Notes under the pieces: model-generated
Databases searched by the model: none
Told to the model about the DNA's origin: nothing
The model's input: the letters and a program-made list of their open reading frames with translations, nothing else
In this document: in pieces, positions 26,503 through 36,439 of the stretch
Numbering within the stretch: the stretch's first letter is position 1
Layout: the number at the start of each line of letters is the position of its first letter
NCBI GenBank assembly: GCA_027593235.1
Contig: JAQCIU010000014.1
Coordinates: 1-64,000, forward strand
DNA from: Chloroflexota bacterium
GTDB lineage: Bacteria; Chloroflexota; Dehalococcoidia; UBA2979
Direction of reading: 5' to 3'
Length of the DNA stretch: 64,000 bases
Made by a program: the position numbers and the translations under genes

Positions 26503-27333
26503 CTAAACGCCCACCACCTCGCGCTCGGTATGGCCGAGCACCAGCCGCAGCGCGGTACCGTGCATCACCATCGTGGCGAGCGCCGGCACCGAGGCATCGA
26601 CGATCGCCCGTGCCGCCTCGATCTCCACGTCGGCGATCCCGGCCGCGGACAGCGCCGCGGCGTCGGCGCGCAGCGGTTGGGCGAGGAACCGCGCGCCCGA
26701 GCGGGCGTAGTAGTAGAGCGCACGACCGCGTCGGCGGAAGTCGGGGTAGGTGGCGAGGTGTTGCAGTTCGTCCCATGAAGCGCCCAGGTATCCGGGCCAG
26801 TGGGCGAGCAGGCGGTAGAGCTGCGGCGCCTCCGGGAGCTGCAGGGTCTCCGCGACCGCCGTGAGTTGCGACCCGCCGCTCAGCTCCGCCGGGACGGGCA
26901 CGTCGAGGTTCGCACGCTCGCGGTCGCGCAGCTCGCGCGGCTGCGCGCTGCCCTTGCCGCCCAGCTCGGGGCGATCGAACGCCTCGGCGAGCGCGGCACC
27001 GGCGAGGAGCGCCTGCGGCTGCAGATAGTGAAAGACGGCGAGCACCGCCTCGACCTGCTCCAGCTCGGCGGCGGGAAGCGACTGGAGCAGCGCGTCACGC
27101 GACAGCAACGGCTCGTACGCCTCCTCGACGGCGTCGAGGGCCATGTCCGCGAGGTAGAGGGCGCTGCCGAGGAAACCGGCGGTGTCGATGGAGGCGGCGA
27201 GCACCGGCCACACGTACGCGAGGTAGTTCGGCGTGGCTTCCAGCCGCGTGACCAGCTCCGGCGCGACCGGCGAGCGGAAAGCGGCCGCGACCTCGGCGCG
27301 GGTCGGGGCAGGTTGCGGGATCGGGGCAATCAT
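26503..27333 (-). CDS. DehI-like (group I haloacid dehalogenase fold) protein
   Basis: Two repeated halves: LEATPNYLAYVWPVL and YRLLAHWPGYLGASWDEL. Confidence 0.5.
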   Translation of the reverse strand: MIAPIPQPAPTRAEVAAAFRSPVAPELVTRLEATPNYLAYVWPVLAASIDTAGFLGSALYLADMALDAVEEAYEPLLSRDALLQSLPAAELEQVEAVLAVFHYLQPQALLAGAALAEAFDRPELGGKGSAQPRELRDRERANLDVPVPAELSGGSQLTAVAETLQLPEAPQLYRLLAHWPGYLGASWDELQHLATYPDFRRRGRALYYYARSGARFLAQPLRADAAALSAAGIADVEIEAARAIVDASVPALATMVMHGTALRLVLGHTEREVVGV

Positions 27334-27337
27334 CGGG

Positions 27338-28015
27338 TCAGGCGAGGCTGACGTTGTCGACGCGGGTGCCGTGCATCTCATGCGCCTCGCGCACGATCCG
27401 CACGATCTCCTCGGGCGTTTCGACGAGCTGGAAGAGACCCGGATCCTCGGGTGCGACCAGGCCGCGCTCGACCAGCACCTGTTCGATCCACTCGATAAGC
27501 CCGGGCCAGTAGTCCTTGCCAACCAGCAGCAGCGGGAAGCGACGGATCTTCCCGGTCTGCATCAAGGTGATCGTTTCGAAGAACTCGTCCAGCGTGCCGA
27601 ACCCGCCGGGGAAGAGGACGAACGCGGTCGCGTACTTGACCAGCATCACCTTGCGCACGAAGAAGTAGCGGAAGTTCAGCGACAGCGTCTGGTAGGGGTT
27701 GGAATCTTGCTCCTCGGGGAGCCGGATATTCAGGCCGGCCGATCGCGCGCCCGCCTCCACCGCGCCACGGTTGGCGCCCTCCATCACCCCGGGACCACCG
27801 CCGGTGACGATTGAGAAGCCGGCCTCGCCAAGCTGCTTCCCCACCTCGCGGGCCAGTTGGTAGGACGGATCGTCTTCGCTGACGCGCGCGGAGCCGAAGA
27901 TGGTGACCGCGGGGCGAAGCTGGGCGAGGACGTCGAAGCCCATCGTGAACTCGGACATGATGCGGAACATCCGCCACGCTTCGCGGGCTGGTTCGTCCCG
28001 GGGGTCGAGCTGCAT
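27338..28015 (-). CDS. LOG family nucleotide phosphoribohydrolase (TIGR00730)
   Basis: FGSAR, TGGGPGVME and FFVRK..PGGFGTLDE motifs. Confidence 0.9.
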   Translation of the reverse strand: MQLDPRDEPAREAWRMFRIMSEFTMGFDVLAQLRPAVTIFGSARVSEDDPSYQLAREVGKQLGEAGFSIVTGGGPGVMEGANRGAVEAGARSAGLNIRLPEEQDSNPYQTLSLNFRYFFVRKVMLVKYATAFVLFPGGFGTLDEFFETITLMQTGKIRRFPLLLVGKDYWPGLIEWIEQVLVERGLVAPEDPGLFQLVETPEEIVRIVREAHEMHGTRVDNVSLA

Positions 28016-28124
28016 CGGCGTCTCCCGTGCTGCATTGGATTCGACCGTAGCACCGCCGGGAGGGGTCGCGAGCCGGGGATGGCCCCAAGGCGCTGCCCGG
28101 TAGAATGTGGAGGACGGAGGCGCC

Positions 28125-29042
28125 ATGCCACACACGTTGCTGCTCGCCGAACCGCGCGGTTTCTGCGCGGGGGTGGTGCGCGCGATCGATGTCCTCAACG
28201 AGGTGCTCGACCGCGAGGAACCGCCGATCTACGCGTTCCACGAGATCGTGCACAACCGGCACGTCGTCGATGGCTTCCGGGCGCGCGGCGCCATCTTCAT
28301 CGACACGATCGCGGAGGTCCCCGAGGGCGCGCGGATCGTGTTCTCCGCGCACGGCATTTCGCCAGAGGTCGTGGCCGCGGCCCACGCACGTCACCTGCGC
28401 GTGATCGACGCCACTTGCCCGCTGGTCACGAAGGTCCACCTGGAGGCGAAGAAGGCGGCCAAGGACGGCTTCGACGTGCTCCTCGTTGGCCACGAGGGCC
28501 ATGACGAGGTGGTCGGGACGAAGGGCGAAGCGCCGGAACGCACGACGGTCGTCGACTCGCCGGCGGACGTGGCCGCGGTCGCCGCGACCGGGCGCAAGAA
28601 GTTCGTGGTGACGCAGACGACGCTGTCCGTCGACGACACAGCGGCAACGATCGCGGAGATCCGTAGCCGCTTCCCGGAAGCCGAGATCCGCAACGACATC
28701 TGCTACGCGACGACCAACCGGCAGGCAGCGGTGCGGGCGATCGCGGAACGCGCGGACCTCGTGATCGTCGTCGGTTCGGCGAACTCCAGCAACAGCGTGC
28801 GGCTGCAAGAGGTCGCCGCGAGCATGGGCACGGCCGCCTACCGCGTGGACGGCATCGCCGAGATCGATCCGCGCTGGTACGAGGGCGTTGCGATCGTCGG
28901 CCTGAGCGCGGGCGCGTCCGTGCCGGACTCGCTGCTCGATCCGATCATCGACGATCTGCGGACGCGCGGCGTGACGAAGGTGGAGCCGGTGATCGTCGCG
29001 GAAGAAACGATCGAGTTCCGACCGCCGGTGATCAGCGCCTAG
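28125..29042 (+). CDS. ispH: 4-hydroxy-3-methylbut-2-enyl diphosphate reductase
   Basis: PRGFCAGV, IVHN, SAHG, DATCPLV, QTT, DICYATTNRQ and SSNS motifs; TAGAAT and GGAGG upstream. Confidence 0.95.
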   Translation: MPHTLLLAEPRGFCAGVVRAIDVLNEVLDREEPPIYAFHEIVHNRHVVDGFRARGAIFIDTIAEVPEGARIVFSAHGISPEVVAAAHARHLRVIDATCPLVTKVHLEAKKAAKDGFDVLLVGHEGHDEVVGTKGEAPERTTVVDSPADVAAVAATGRKKFVVTQTTLSVDDTAATIAEIRSRFPEAEIRNDICYATTNRQAAVRAIAERADLVIVVGSANSSNSVRLQEVAASMGTAAYRVDGIAEIDPRWYEGVAIVGLSAGASVPDSLLDPIIDDLRTRGVTKVEPVIVAEETIEFRPPVISA

Positions 29043-29058
29043 CCACGGCCGACTCGCG

Positions 29059-29805
29059 TCAGCGGATCACGTAGCCCACGCCGCGAACGGTCTTGATCGT
29101 GCCCGACAGGCCGGCGGCATTCAGCTTGCCGCGCAAGCGCGAGATATGCGCCTCGACGTAGTTCCGTGAGCCGAAGGTCTCGTAGCCCCAGATCGCCTGC
29201 GAGATCTGATCCGGCGCCACCACCTCGGTGCGGCGTTCCAGGAGCAGTTGGAGCACGGCGAACTCTTTCGGAGTCAGCGCCAGCGGATCCTCGCCCCGCA
29301 AGAGTTCGTGAGAGCGCACGTGCATCACGAGCCCGTCCGGGCCGTGCAGCTCGTTGCTGCGGCGCACCGAGTGCTCGCGGCGCACCAGCACGCGTACGCG
29401 CCGATCCAGCTCACGGGGATACACGGGCCTCGCGAGGTAGTCCTCCGCGCCGTGATCGAACGCCCCCACGCGGTTCTCCGCGCTGGCATCCGGTCCGACG
29501 ATGATCAGCGGGAGGTCGCTGAAGGTCCGGAGGCTCTTGGCGCCATCGAGCGCCAGTTCGTTGGACTCGGAGAACAGGACCAAAACGTCCGCCTATTGTT
29601 GCTCCAGCCATTCGATCGCGGCGTCGGTCGACACGACAGCGGACACCTGGTGCTGGAGTGGCCGGAGTTCGGCGGCCAGGCGAACGCTCGCCATCTCATC
29701 GCGATCGATCAGCAGGAGCCGGATCGGATCGGAACCGGGGTCCGACGGGCGGACGGCATCGGTCGTCGCTGCGTTGGCAGGCCAGGGGGGTTGCGAGACC
29801 GTCAC
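29059..29805 (-). pseudogene. Orphan OmpR-family regulator with atypical receiver and an in-frame TAG at 29593-29595
   Basis: The two ORF pieces share one frame (...LEQQ*ADVLVL...); winged-HTH LTPKEF..L..L, VEAHISRLRGKL, IKTVRGVGY. Confidence 0.8.
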
Positions 29806-29942
29806 GGGCGCGAACTCCCTTCGCGGGTGCCGGGGTCCGCGCAGGCCGCGCAGACCAGTCACTCACGAACGGTAACGCTGTCGAATGCCTGACTTTCTGA
29901 CGAAAGCGTGAGCATGCTGAGGCGAAACCGGGAAGTTGACGG

Positions 29943-30728
29943 CTAGTTGATCGCACCGTCAGCAAGGAACGAGAGAAGCAACATCCGGAAGCGCTCGCGT
30001 GCGTCCTGATATACGCCGTGCCCGACACCTTCGAGGATCTCCAGCCGTGCGGACGGGATCTTCCGCGAGATCACCACCGACCCGCCGGCTCCCGCGACCA
30101 CGTCGCTGCCACCCGCGACGATCAGCGTCGGGCACTCGATCCGATCGAGGTACGGCGTCAGTGGGTGCTCGCGGAGCGATGCCGTCGCGCGCGCCTGCGC
30201 GACGTACGAGTCCAGGTGCTCCGGCGCAATCGCCGGTGGTGCGGCCGCGGATACGGTCGCGTGGCCCTCGAACGCCGGCGGCAGATCGCGGCCGGCGATC
30301 GCCTGCTCACCCAGCCGTGCCAGCTCGCCTCGGGCGTACCAGTTCTCGCTCGCGCCGACGTTGACCTCGCTCGAGGTGGAGTCCAGCACCAGCGCGGCGC
30401 AGCGCTCCGGGTAATCGAGGGCGAAGCGCTGGGTCAGCACCCCACCCCACGAAACGCCGTGAATGATCGCGCGCTCGATCTCCAGGTCATCCAGCAGTGC
30501 GGCGAGGTCCGCCGCGTACAACGGCAGCGAGTACTTCGGCGCCGGCCCGGACTTGCCGAGGCCGCGCTGATCCCAGGCGACCGTGCGGAACCGCTCCGCG
30601 TACCAGGGCAGGTCGTCGCGCACGAAGCCCGCGGAGTTCCCGCCCAGGCCGTTACAGAACACGTACGGCGTGCCATCGCCCGCCACCGTGTAGTGGATCC
30701 GCACGCCGTTCAGCTCCGTGTCAGCCAT
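29943..30728 (-). CDS. Alpha/beta hydrolase
   Basis: DQRGLGKS, GVSWGG nucleophile elbow, GGSD and GVGH motifs. Confidence 0.9.
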   Translation of the reverse strand: MADTELNGVRIHYTVAGDGTPYVFCNGLGGNSAGFVRDDLPWYAERFRTVAWDQRGLGKSGPAPKYSLPLYAADLAALLDDLEIERAIIHGVSWGGVLTQRFALDYPERCAALVLDSTSSEVNVGASENWYARGELARLGEQAIAGRDLPPAFEGHATVSAAAPPAIAPEHLDSYVAQARATASLREHPLTPYLDRIECPTLIVAGGSDVVAGAGGSVVISRKIPSARLEILEGVGHGVYQDARERFRMLLLSFLADGAIN

Positions 30729-30744
30729 CTGATCGCTCCTCTGC

Positions 30745-31611
30745 TCAGCCCGCCGGGCATTCCGCTGCCAGTAGACGTGCGTGACCCTGAGCGAGCCGCA
30801 CGGTGAGCGGCCCGGGTGCCGCGCCGGACCAGCACTGCCGACCGTCCGCCCGGATCGCCGTGACTGGGTATGCGCCGGCGATGCTACTGGACGTGAAGAC
30901 CTCGGTGGCGCGCACGAACGCGTCGAGGGTGAGCGTCCGCTCCGCGGTGGGGATGCCCTCGGAGGCGGCGATCTCGAGGAACGCGTCGCGTGTCACGCCG
31001 GGGACCGGGCCGTCCGCGAGCGGCGGGGTCACGAGGACGCCATCGATCACCGCGAAGATGTTGGCGGTCGCCGCTTCGCAGACGTCACCGCGGGTATTGA
31101 GCAGCAACGCGTCGGAGGCGCCGGCAGCACGTGCCTCGGCGCGTGCGATCAGATAGACGAGGTAGTGCGCGTGCTTGGCGAAGCCGAGCGGGCGCGTCGG
31201 ATCGACGCGTTGCGAGGCCAGCGCCAGCGTCAGCGGTTGCGGGGCTGGCGCGGTCAGGTCGAGCGGATCGGCGACAACGATCACCGAGGGCGATCGGGCA
31301 AGCCCGAGGTCCGGCCCGTTGAGGATGCCCGGGCTGACGCTCAGGCGGACGCGTCCCTCGCTGATGCGATTCGCCTCGAGGGTCTGCGCCACCGCCGCGG
31401 CGAGTTCGCCGTCGGATGGCGCGGGCGTACCGATCGCCTCGAGGCCGGCGCGGAGCCGTGCGAGATGCCCGCCAAGGCGGAAGATCCGCCCGTTCGAGGC
31501 GCGCATGCTCTCGAAGCAGGCGATGCCGTAGCGGACGGCGGCGTCGTCGATCGAGACCGTCGCCTCGGTGCGCGGGACCAGCGCGCCATCGACGTAGGCG
31601 AGCGCGGTCAC
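30745..31611 (-). CDS. pabC: Class IV aminotransferase / aminodeoxychorismate lyase
   Basis: YG..CFESMR, HLARL, AK, EAATANIF and PGVTR motifs; follows pabB. Confidence 0.75.
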   Translation of the reverse strand: MTALAYVDGALVPRTEATVSIDDAAVRYGIACFESMRASNGRIFRLGGHLARLRAGLEAIGTPAPSDGELAAAVAQTLEANRISEGRVRLSVSPGILNGPDLGLARSPSVIVVADPLDLTAPAPQPLTLALASQRVDPTRPLGFAKHAHYLVYLIARAEARAAGASDALLLNTRGDVCEAATANIFAVIDGVLVTPPLADGPVPGVTRDAFLEIAASEGIPTAERTLTLDAFVRATEVFTSSSIAGAYPVTAIRADGRQCWSGAAPGPLTVRLAQGHARLLAAECPAG

Positions 31612-33212
31612 GGCGCCGGCCGGCGCGCGCCTCGAGGCGAAACGCGCTCCGGGGTGGCCGGCACCTCGGAATCGGCTGGTACCTCGGATGCCTCGTCCGG
31701 CAGCGCGACGCCGAGGGCGCGTGCCATTCCGCGCGCCTTGTCGAGCGTCTCCGTGTACTCAGACTCGGCCTCGGAGTCGTGCACGATCGCTCCACCGACA
31801 TGGAGGTGTGCGACGCCGTCGGCGAGGGTGAGCGTGCGAATCGCGATATTCAGATCGAGACGCCCGTGCGCCGAGACATAGCCGATCGACCCGGTATAGA
31901 CGCCGCGGACAGTCGGCTCGAGTTCGTCGATGATCTCCAGCGCGCGAATCTTCGGCGCGCCGGTAATCGAACCGCCGGGGAACGTCGCGCGCAGCAGCGC
32001 CTCCAGGCCGACGCCACCTCGCCGCTCCGCCGTCACCGTCGAGGTCAGGTGGTGCACCTGGCGGTACGACTCCAGCCGCGCCAGCTCCGGCACCGCGACG
32101 CTCCCGGTGCGCGCGACGCGCCCCAGGTCGTTGCGTTCGAGGTCAACGATCATCACGTGCTCGGCGCGATCCTTGCTGCTCGCAAGCAGCTCCGCCGCGA
32201 GCGCGCGATCAGCGGCCTCGGTCGCTCCACGCGGTCGCGTGCCTTTGATCGGCCGCGTCTCCAGGTAGGAACCGTCGGCGAGCAAGAAGCGCTCCGGCGA
32301 GGATGACAGGATCTCCACACCAGAGAGTTCGTCGCGGAGATCGAGGTACGCGGAAAATGGCGCGGGGCTTACCCGGCGCAGCGTCCCGTAGAGATCAAAC
32401 CCACTGTCCGAGCACAGCGTGGAGAACCGCTGCGACAGGTTCACCTGGTAGATGTCGCCGGCCTCGATGTAGCGCCGCGCGCGATCGACACCGGCGAGGT
32501 AGCGCTCCCGGCTCATATTCGCGCGGAGCGGCGTCCGCCCGCTGGAGGGCGGCGCGGTCGCCGCGCGGTCCCGGCCGAGCGCGAGGTTGGCGCGCAAGCG
32601 CACGACCGCGTCCGGGCGTCCGACCAGCCACGCCCGACCGTGCTGGCAGTCCTCGACGACCGCCGCGTCGTACCAGCCGAACGCGAGGTCCGGCGCGCCA
32701 ACGTCGTCGATTGTGGTGGCGGGCAATAACTCAATCTCGCGCCCCAACTCGAATCCGAGATAGCCGATCGCGCCGCCGGCGAACGGCAGCGCGACCGCGT
32801 CCTGAGCTGTGAAGTCGGGGGCCGAAGAGTCCGGGGCCGAGGAGTCGAGGGCGCCCTCGGGTGGGTCGCCGGGCACGAGCGGCGGCAGAGACGACGGCTC
32901 CGCCTCGATCAGCGCGGCCAGCGCGGCGAGTGCACCGGGCGCAAGGCGCTGCGGCCCTGCCGGGCCGCTGAGCAGGACGTCCTCGCCGTATGCGACCAGG
33001 CGCCAACGCGGATCGCTGGCGACGATCGACCAGCGCCCGCGCGGCGCGGTGGTGTCGGACGAGTCGATCCAGACGAGGCCCGAACGGTCGCGCAGCAGCG
33101 CTGCCGCGTCCGCGGCGCTCCCCTGCCAGCTCTCGATCGTGGGCTCACTGAGGCCCATGCACGCCTCGATCTGGTCGCGCTGGTGACGATCCGATTCTAG
33201 GCCCTCAGCCAC
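31608..33212 (-). CDS. pabB: Aminodeoxychorismate synthase component I
   Basis: GDIYQVNL, SPAPFS, SSPERF, TRPIKGTRPR, MIVDLERNDL and FPGGSITGAPK motifs. Start uncertain. Confidence 0.9.
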   Translation of the reverse strand: MAEGLESDRHQRDQIEACMGLSEPTIESWQGSAADAAALLRDRSGLVWIDSSDTTAPRGRWSIVASDPRWRLVAYGEDVLLSGPAGPQRLAPGALAALAALIEAEPSSLPPLVPGDPPEGALDSSAPDSSAPDFTAQDAVALPFAGGAIGYLGFELGREIELLPATTIDDVGAPDLAFGWYDAAVVEDCQHGRAWLVGRPDAVVRLRANLALGRDRAATAPPSSGRTPLRANMSRERYLAGVDRARRYIEAGDIYQVNLSQRFSTLCSDSGFDLYGTLRRVSPAPFSAYLDLRDELSGVEILSSSPERFLLADGSYLETRPIKGTRPRGATEAADRALAAELLASSKDRAEHVMIVDLERNDLGRVARTGSVAVPELARLESYRQVHHLTSTVTAERRGGVGLEALLRATFPGGSITGAPKIRALEIIDELEPTVRGVYTGSIGYVSAHGRLDLNIAIRTLTLADGVAHLHVGGAIVHDSEAESEYTETLDKARGMARALGVALPDEASEVPADSEVPATPERVSPRGARRPAP

Positions 33213-33232
33213 GGCTGGCCTACGCTGGAGCG

Positions 33233-33658
33233 ATGTCCCGACACCAGCTCCTCTCCCTGCTTAACGTCGCGCTGTCGCTCGCCATCCTCGGCATCCTGAT
33301 CGCGGTGCTGGTGCCGGCCGAGTGGCTCGGTAGCGCCAACGCTCCGCTGCGCCGGGTCTCGGAACGCGAGTCGTGGCTGATCCACGGCACGCTCTTCGCG
33401 AGCTTGAGCGGGGTCGTCGGGCTGCGATTGCTGGCGGCAGCGCCGTCGCAGTTCACGCGTGGCTGGATCCTGCTGGCGGTCGTGCTGATCGCGGCCCTCG
33501 CCACTGGCACCGAGCTGGCACAGCTTCGTGTCCACGGTCGCGACGCGACCCCCGGCGACTGGCTGGCGGATCTGACCGGCATGTGGCTCGGCCTCGGCAC
33601 CGCCGCGCTGATCGGCCCGACCCTGATCGCGTGGCTGACCAGCGAACCAGCACGCTAG
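33233..33658 (+). CDS. VanZ-like membrane protein
   Basis: TELAQ..V.GRDA...DWLADL.G motif; TACGCT 6 nt before ATG. Confidence 0.75.
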   Translation: MSRHQLLSLLNVALSLAILGILIAVLVPAEWLGSANAPLRRVSERESWLIHGTLFASLSGVVGLRLLAAAPSQFTRGWILLAVVLIAALATGTELAQLRVHGRDATPGDWLADLTGMWLGLGTAALIGPTLIAWLTSEPAR

Positions 33659-33714
33659 ACACTCCCGAGGCGCCAGTGCCGCGCCCCCCGTTGGCGGGGG
33701 ATTCAGCGCGGGAC

Positions 33715-34449
33715 TCAGCGCGAGGCGTACACGCGCATGCCATAGTCGTTGTAGCGCCGATCGGGATCGAGCGAGGAGCGCGCGCTGATCCGCGAGACCT
33801 TCACACGGTGCCGCCACGAGCCACCTCGCGAGGCGCGCCGCGCACCCTCCGGTACGCCGGCCGGGTCCACCGCGGGCAGTCCCGCGTACCCGTCCTTCGC
33901 GTACCAATCGCTGCACCATTCGTGGACGCTGTCGCCCATGTGGAGGAGGCCAAAGCCGTTTGGTGGCGACGAGCCGATCCTCGGTGGCCGGTCCATACCC
34001 GCCGCTCCGGGCGCGTACGCGCCCTCAATCCAGGGCTCGTCTCCCCACGGATAGAGCGCGTCCAGCAGGTCCCCGCGCGCCGCGAACTCTCGTTCCGCCT
34101 CGGTGGGGAGCCGGCACTCCTGCGTGACGACCTCACTAAGCCAGGCAGAGTAGGCGAGCGCGTCGTGCCAGTTCACGCCAACGACCGGCTGGTCCGGCTG
34201 GTTGAATCGATCATCCTCGAGGAATGGCAGTGGCTCGTGGCCGGTTGCTTCGCGGAACGCCTCGAACTCGCGATTGGAGACCGGGGTCAACGCAACGGCG
34301 AAGGGTGCGACGCGGACCTCGCGAACCGGGCCTTCGTCGGCGCGCAGCGTGGAGCCCATACAGAAGGCGCCACCGGCCAATTCGACGAACGGCGTGGCGA
34401 CGGGCCCATCGGCCAATAGACGGGTGATTCGCGCGTCTGGGGACATCAT
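33715..34449 (-). CDS. FGE-sulfatase (SUMF1-like) domain protein
   Basis: F.MGS, PVVGVNWHDA, RLPTEAEREFAARG, PNGFGL and RGGSW; lacks the FGE catalytic Cys pair. Confidence 0.85.
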   Translation of the reverse strand: MMSPDARITRLLADGPVATPFVELAGGAFCMGSTLRADEGPVREVRVAPFAVALTPVSNREFEAFREATGHEPLPFLEDDRFNQPDQPVVGVNWHDALAYSAWLSEVVTQECRLPTEAEREFAARGDLLDALYPWGDEPWIEGAYAPGAAGMDRPPRIGSSPPNGFGLLHMGDSVHEWCSDWYAKDGYAGLPAVDPAGVPEGARRASRGGSWRHRVKVSRISARSSLDPDRRYNDYGMRVYASR

Positions 34450-34602
34450 GCGTGATGCTATCAGCGACTGGCGCGTCGCTTCATAGGTGAATCGCGATTG
34501 CACCCATCGGATCGCTCGATATCCTTGAAGAATCTGGCTCCACCGGGTCGTCCACCCCGTCGGTCTACCCCGGCCGCTGTGGCGCACGCCAAAGGAGACG
34601 CC

Positions 34603-35262
34603 GTGCCGTTGGAAATCCCAGAAGTCGTCATTGACCGCCTCCCGGTGTACTTCCGCTTGCTCTCTCGTATCGCCGAGGAGGGCCGCACCGTGATCTCCTC
34701 GCAGGAGCTGGGCGACGAGCTGGATGTCACGCCGGCACAGATCCGCAAAGACCTGTCCTACTTCGGTCGCTTCGGCAAGCAGGGTCGCGGCTACTCGGTG
34801 CAGCGATTGCTCGAGGAGCTGCGCCTGATCCTGGGACTCGACCGTCGTTGGACCGTCGTCGTTGTCGGCATCGGCCGGCTCGGCCGGGCGGTCGCCTCCT
34901 ACCCCGGGTTCCAGGGACAGGGCTTCGACATCGCCGGGCGCTACGACGCGGACCCGGAGCTGATCGGGACCGACGTGGACGGCGACACGGTCCGCGATGT
35001 GAAGCAGCTTGAGGAAGACTTGCGACGTACCCCGGCCGACATCGGCATCGTCACCGTCACCGCGCAGCACGCGCAGCAGGTGGTGGACGTACTGACCCGC
35101 GGCGGTGTCCGCGCGATTCTCAACTACACCCCGGCGCGCGTACAGGTGCCGGAGCGGGTCGAACTGAAGAACATCAACCCCGTCCTCTTCCTCCAGAGCA
35201 TGACCTATCACCTGAAGCGGCGCGCCGCCGCTCGCGAGGACATGCGCGGCGCCGACGCCTGA
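34603..35262 (+). CDS. rex: Redox-sensing transcriptional repressor
   Basis: RLPVY, ISSQEL, QIRKDLSYFG.FG.QGRGY and VGIGRLG motifs; AAGGAG RBS. Confidence 0.95.
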   Translation: MPLEIPEVVIDRLPVYFRLLSRIAEEGRTVISSQELGDELDVTPAQIRKDLSYFGRFGKQGRGYSVQRLLEELRLILGLDRRWTVVVVGIGRLGRAVASYPGFQGQGFDIAGRYDADPELIGTDVDGDTVRDVKQLEEDLRRTPADIGIVTVTAQHAQQVVDVLTRGGVRAILNYTPARVQVPERVELKNINPVLFLQSMTYHLKRRAAAREDMRGADA

Positions 35263-35281
35263 TCGCCGGGGTCGGACGGCG

Positions 35282-36319
35282 CTAGCGGCCCTCGCTAATC
35301 AGCGACTCTTCCTCGGTTGGGAGCGCACGCTCGATCACCTCGATGTAGTCGAGCGCGGCGCCGGCGCCCTGCGCGATGCAGGTGAGCGGCTCGTCCGCCA
35401 CATGTACCGGCACGCCGGTCTCGTAGCGCAGCAGCTCGTCCAAGCGGCGCAGCATCGCGCCGCCACCGGTCAGCACGATCCCGCGATCGATCACGTCGGA
35501 CGCCAGCTCCGGAGGTGTGCGCTCCAGCACGCGCCGCACCGTCTGGACGATCATCGCGAGCTGATCCTGGATCGCGTGCGTCACCTCGTTCGCCGAAACG
35601 GTGATCGTCCGAGGCAGTCCGGTGATCTGATCGCGGCCGCGCACCTGCGCGACAGCGTCGTTGTGGTCATCCGGCAACGCCGAGCCGATCGCGATCTTCA
35701 GCTCCTCGGCGGTGCGTTCACCGATCAGCAGGTTGTGGCGGCGCTTCACGTGCTGCGCGATCTCGTCGTCGAAGCGGTCGCCGGCGACGCGCACCGATTC
35801 GCTGGCGACGATGCCGAACATCGAGATCACCGCCGCCTCGGTCCGACCGCCGCCAATGTCCACCACCATGTGGCCGCGCGCCGAGCCGACCGGGATCTGC
35901 GCGCCGATCGCCGCCGCGAGCGGTTCGGGGATCAGGTGCGCCGGACGGCGCGCGCCCGCGGCCTCGGCGGCATCGCGCACGGCGCGGCGTTCGACGCCCG
36001 TCACGCCCACGGGAACGCAGATCATCACCTCGGGACGGATCGGGTTGAAGCGCCCGACGACGCTGGTGATGAAGTAGCGGAGCATTGCCTCGGTGATCAG
36101 GTAGTCGGCGATCACGCCGTCACGCATTGGGCGGATGACCTGGATCGTGCCGGGGTGCCGGCCGATCATGCCTCGCGCCTCGTCGCCCACGGCGACCACG
36201 GTGTTGTCGCGCTCGGTGATCGCCACCACGGCGGGCTCGTCGAGCACGATGCCGCGTCCGCGCTCGTACACGAGCACGTTGGCCGTTCCAAGGTCGATGC
36301 CGATCCGTTTCGCGAACAT
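35282..36319 (-). CDS. mreB: Rod shape-determining actin homolog (MreB/Mbl)
   Basis: [30 protein letters not shown] and LTGGGA motifs. Confidence 0.92.
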   Translation of the reverse strand: MFAKRIGIDLGTANVLVYERGRGIVLDEPAVVAITERDNTVVAVGDEARGMIGRHPGTIQVIRPMRDGVIADYLITEAMLRYFITSVVGRFNPIRPEVMICVPVGVTGVERRAVRDAAEAAGARRPAHLIPEPLAAAIGAQIPVGSARGHMVVDIGGGRTEAAVISMFGIVASESVRVAGDRFDDEIAQHVKRRHNLLIGERTAEELKIAIGSALPDDHNDAVAQVRGRDQITGLPRTITVSANEVTHAIQDQLAMIVQTVRRVLERTPPELASDVIDRGIVLTGGGAMLRRLDELLRYETGVPVHVADEPLTCIAQGAGAALDYIEVIERALPTEEESLISEGR

Positions 36320-36439
36320 CTCTCACCGCCGGCGTCGTGCGCCGTGGTCCTTCTACCGCTGTACCGCAATCAAAGCTGGGGTGGCCTCAGGGTAGCGCCT
36401 CGCCGGTGCGCTCGCATCGAGGGCGCGGTCCGACGCCGC

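Noticed and set aside
32814-32843. 15-bp tandem duplication in pabB (SSAPD twice), plus SEVPA twice at its C-terminus
   Set aside because: Short in-frame duplications in linker regions; common and uninformative.
34486-34504. Rex autoregulatory site (GGTGAATCGCGATTGCACC)
   Set aside because: Palindromic, but the spacing and flanks do not fit the 18-bp Rex consensus; too weak to call.
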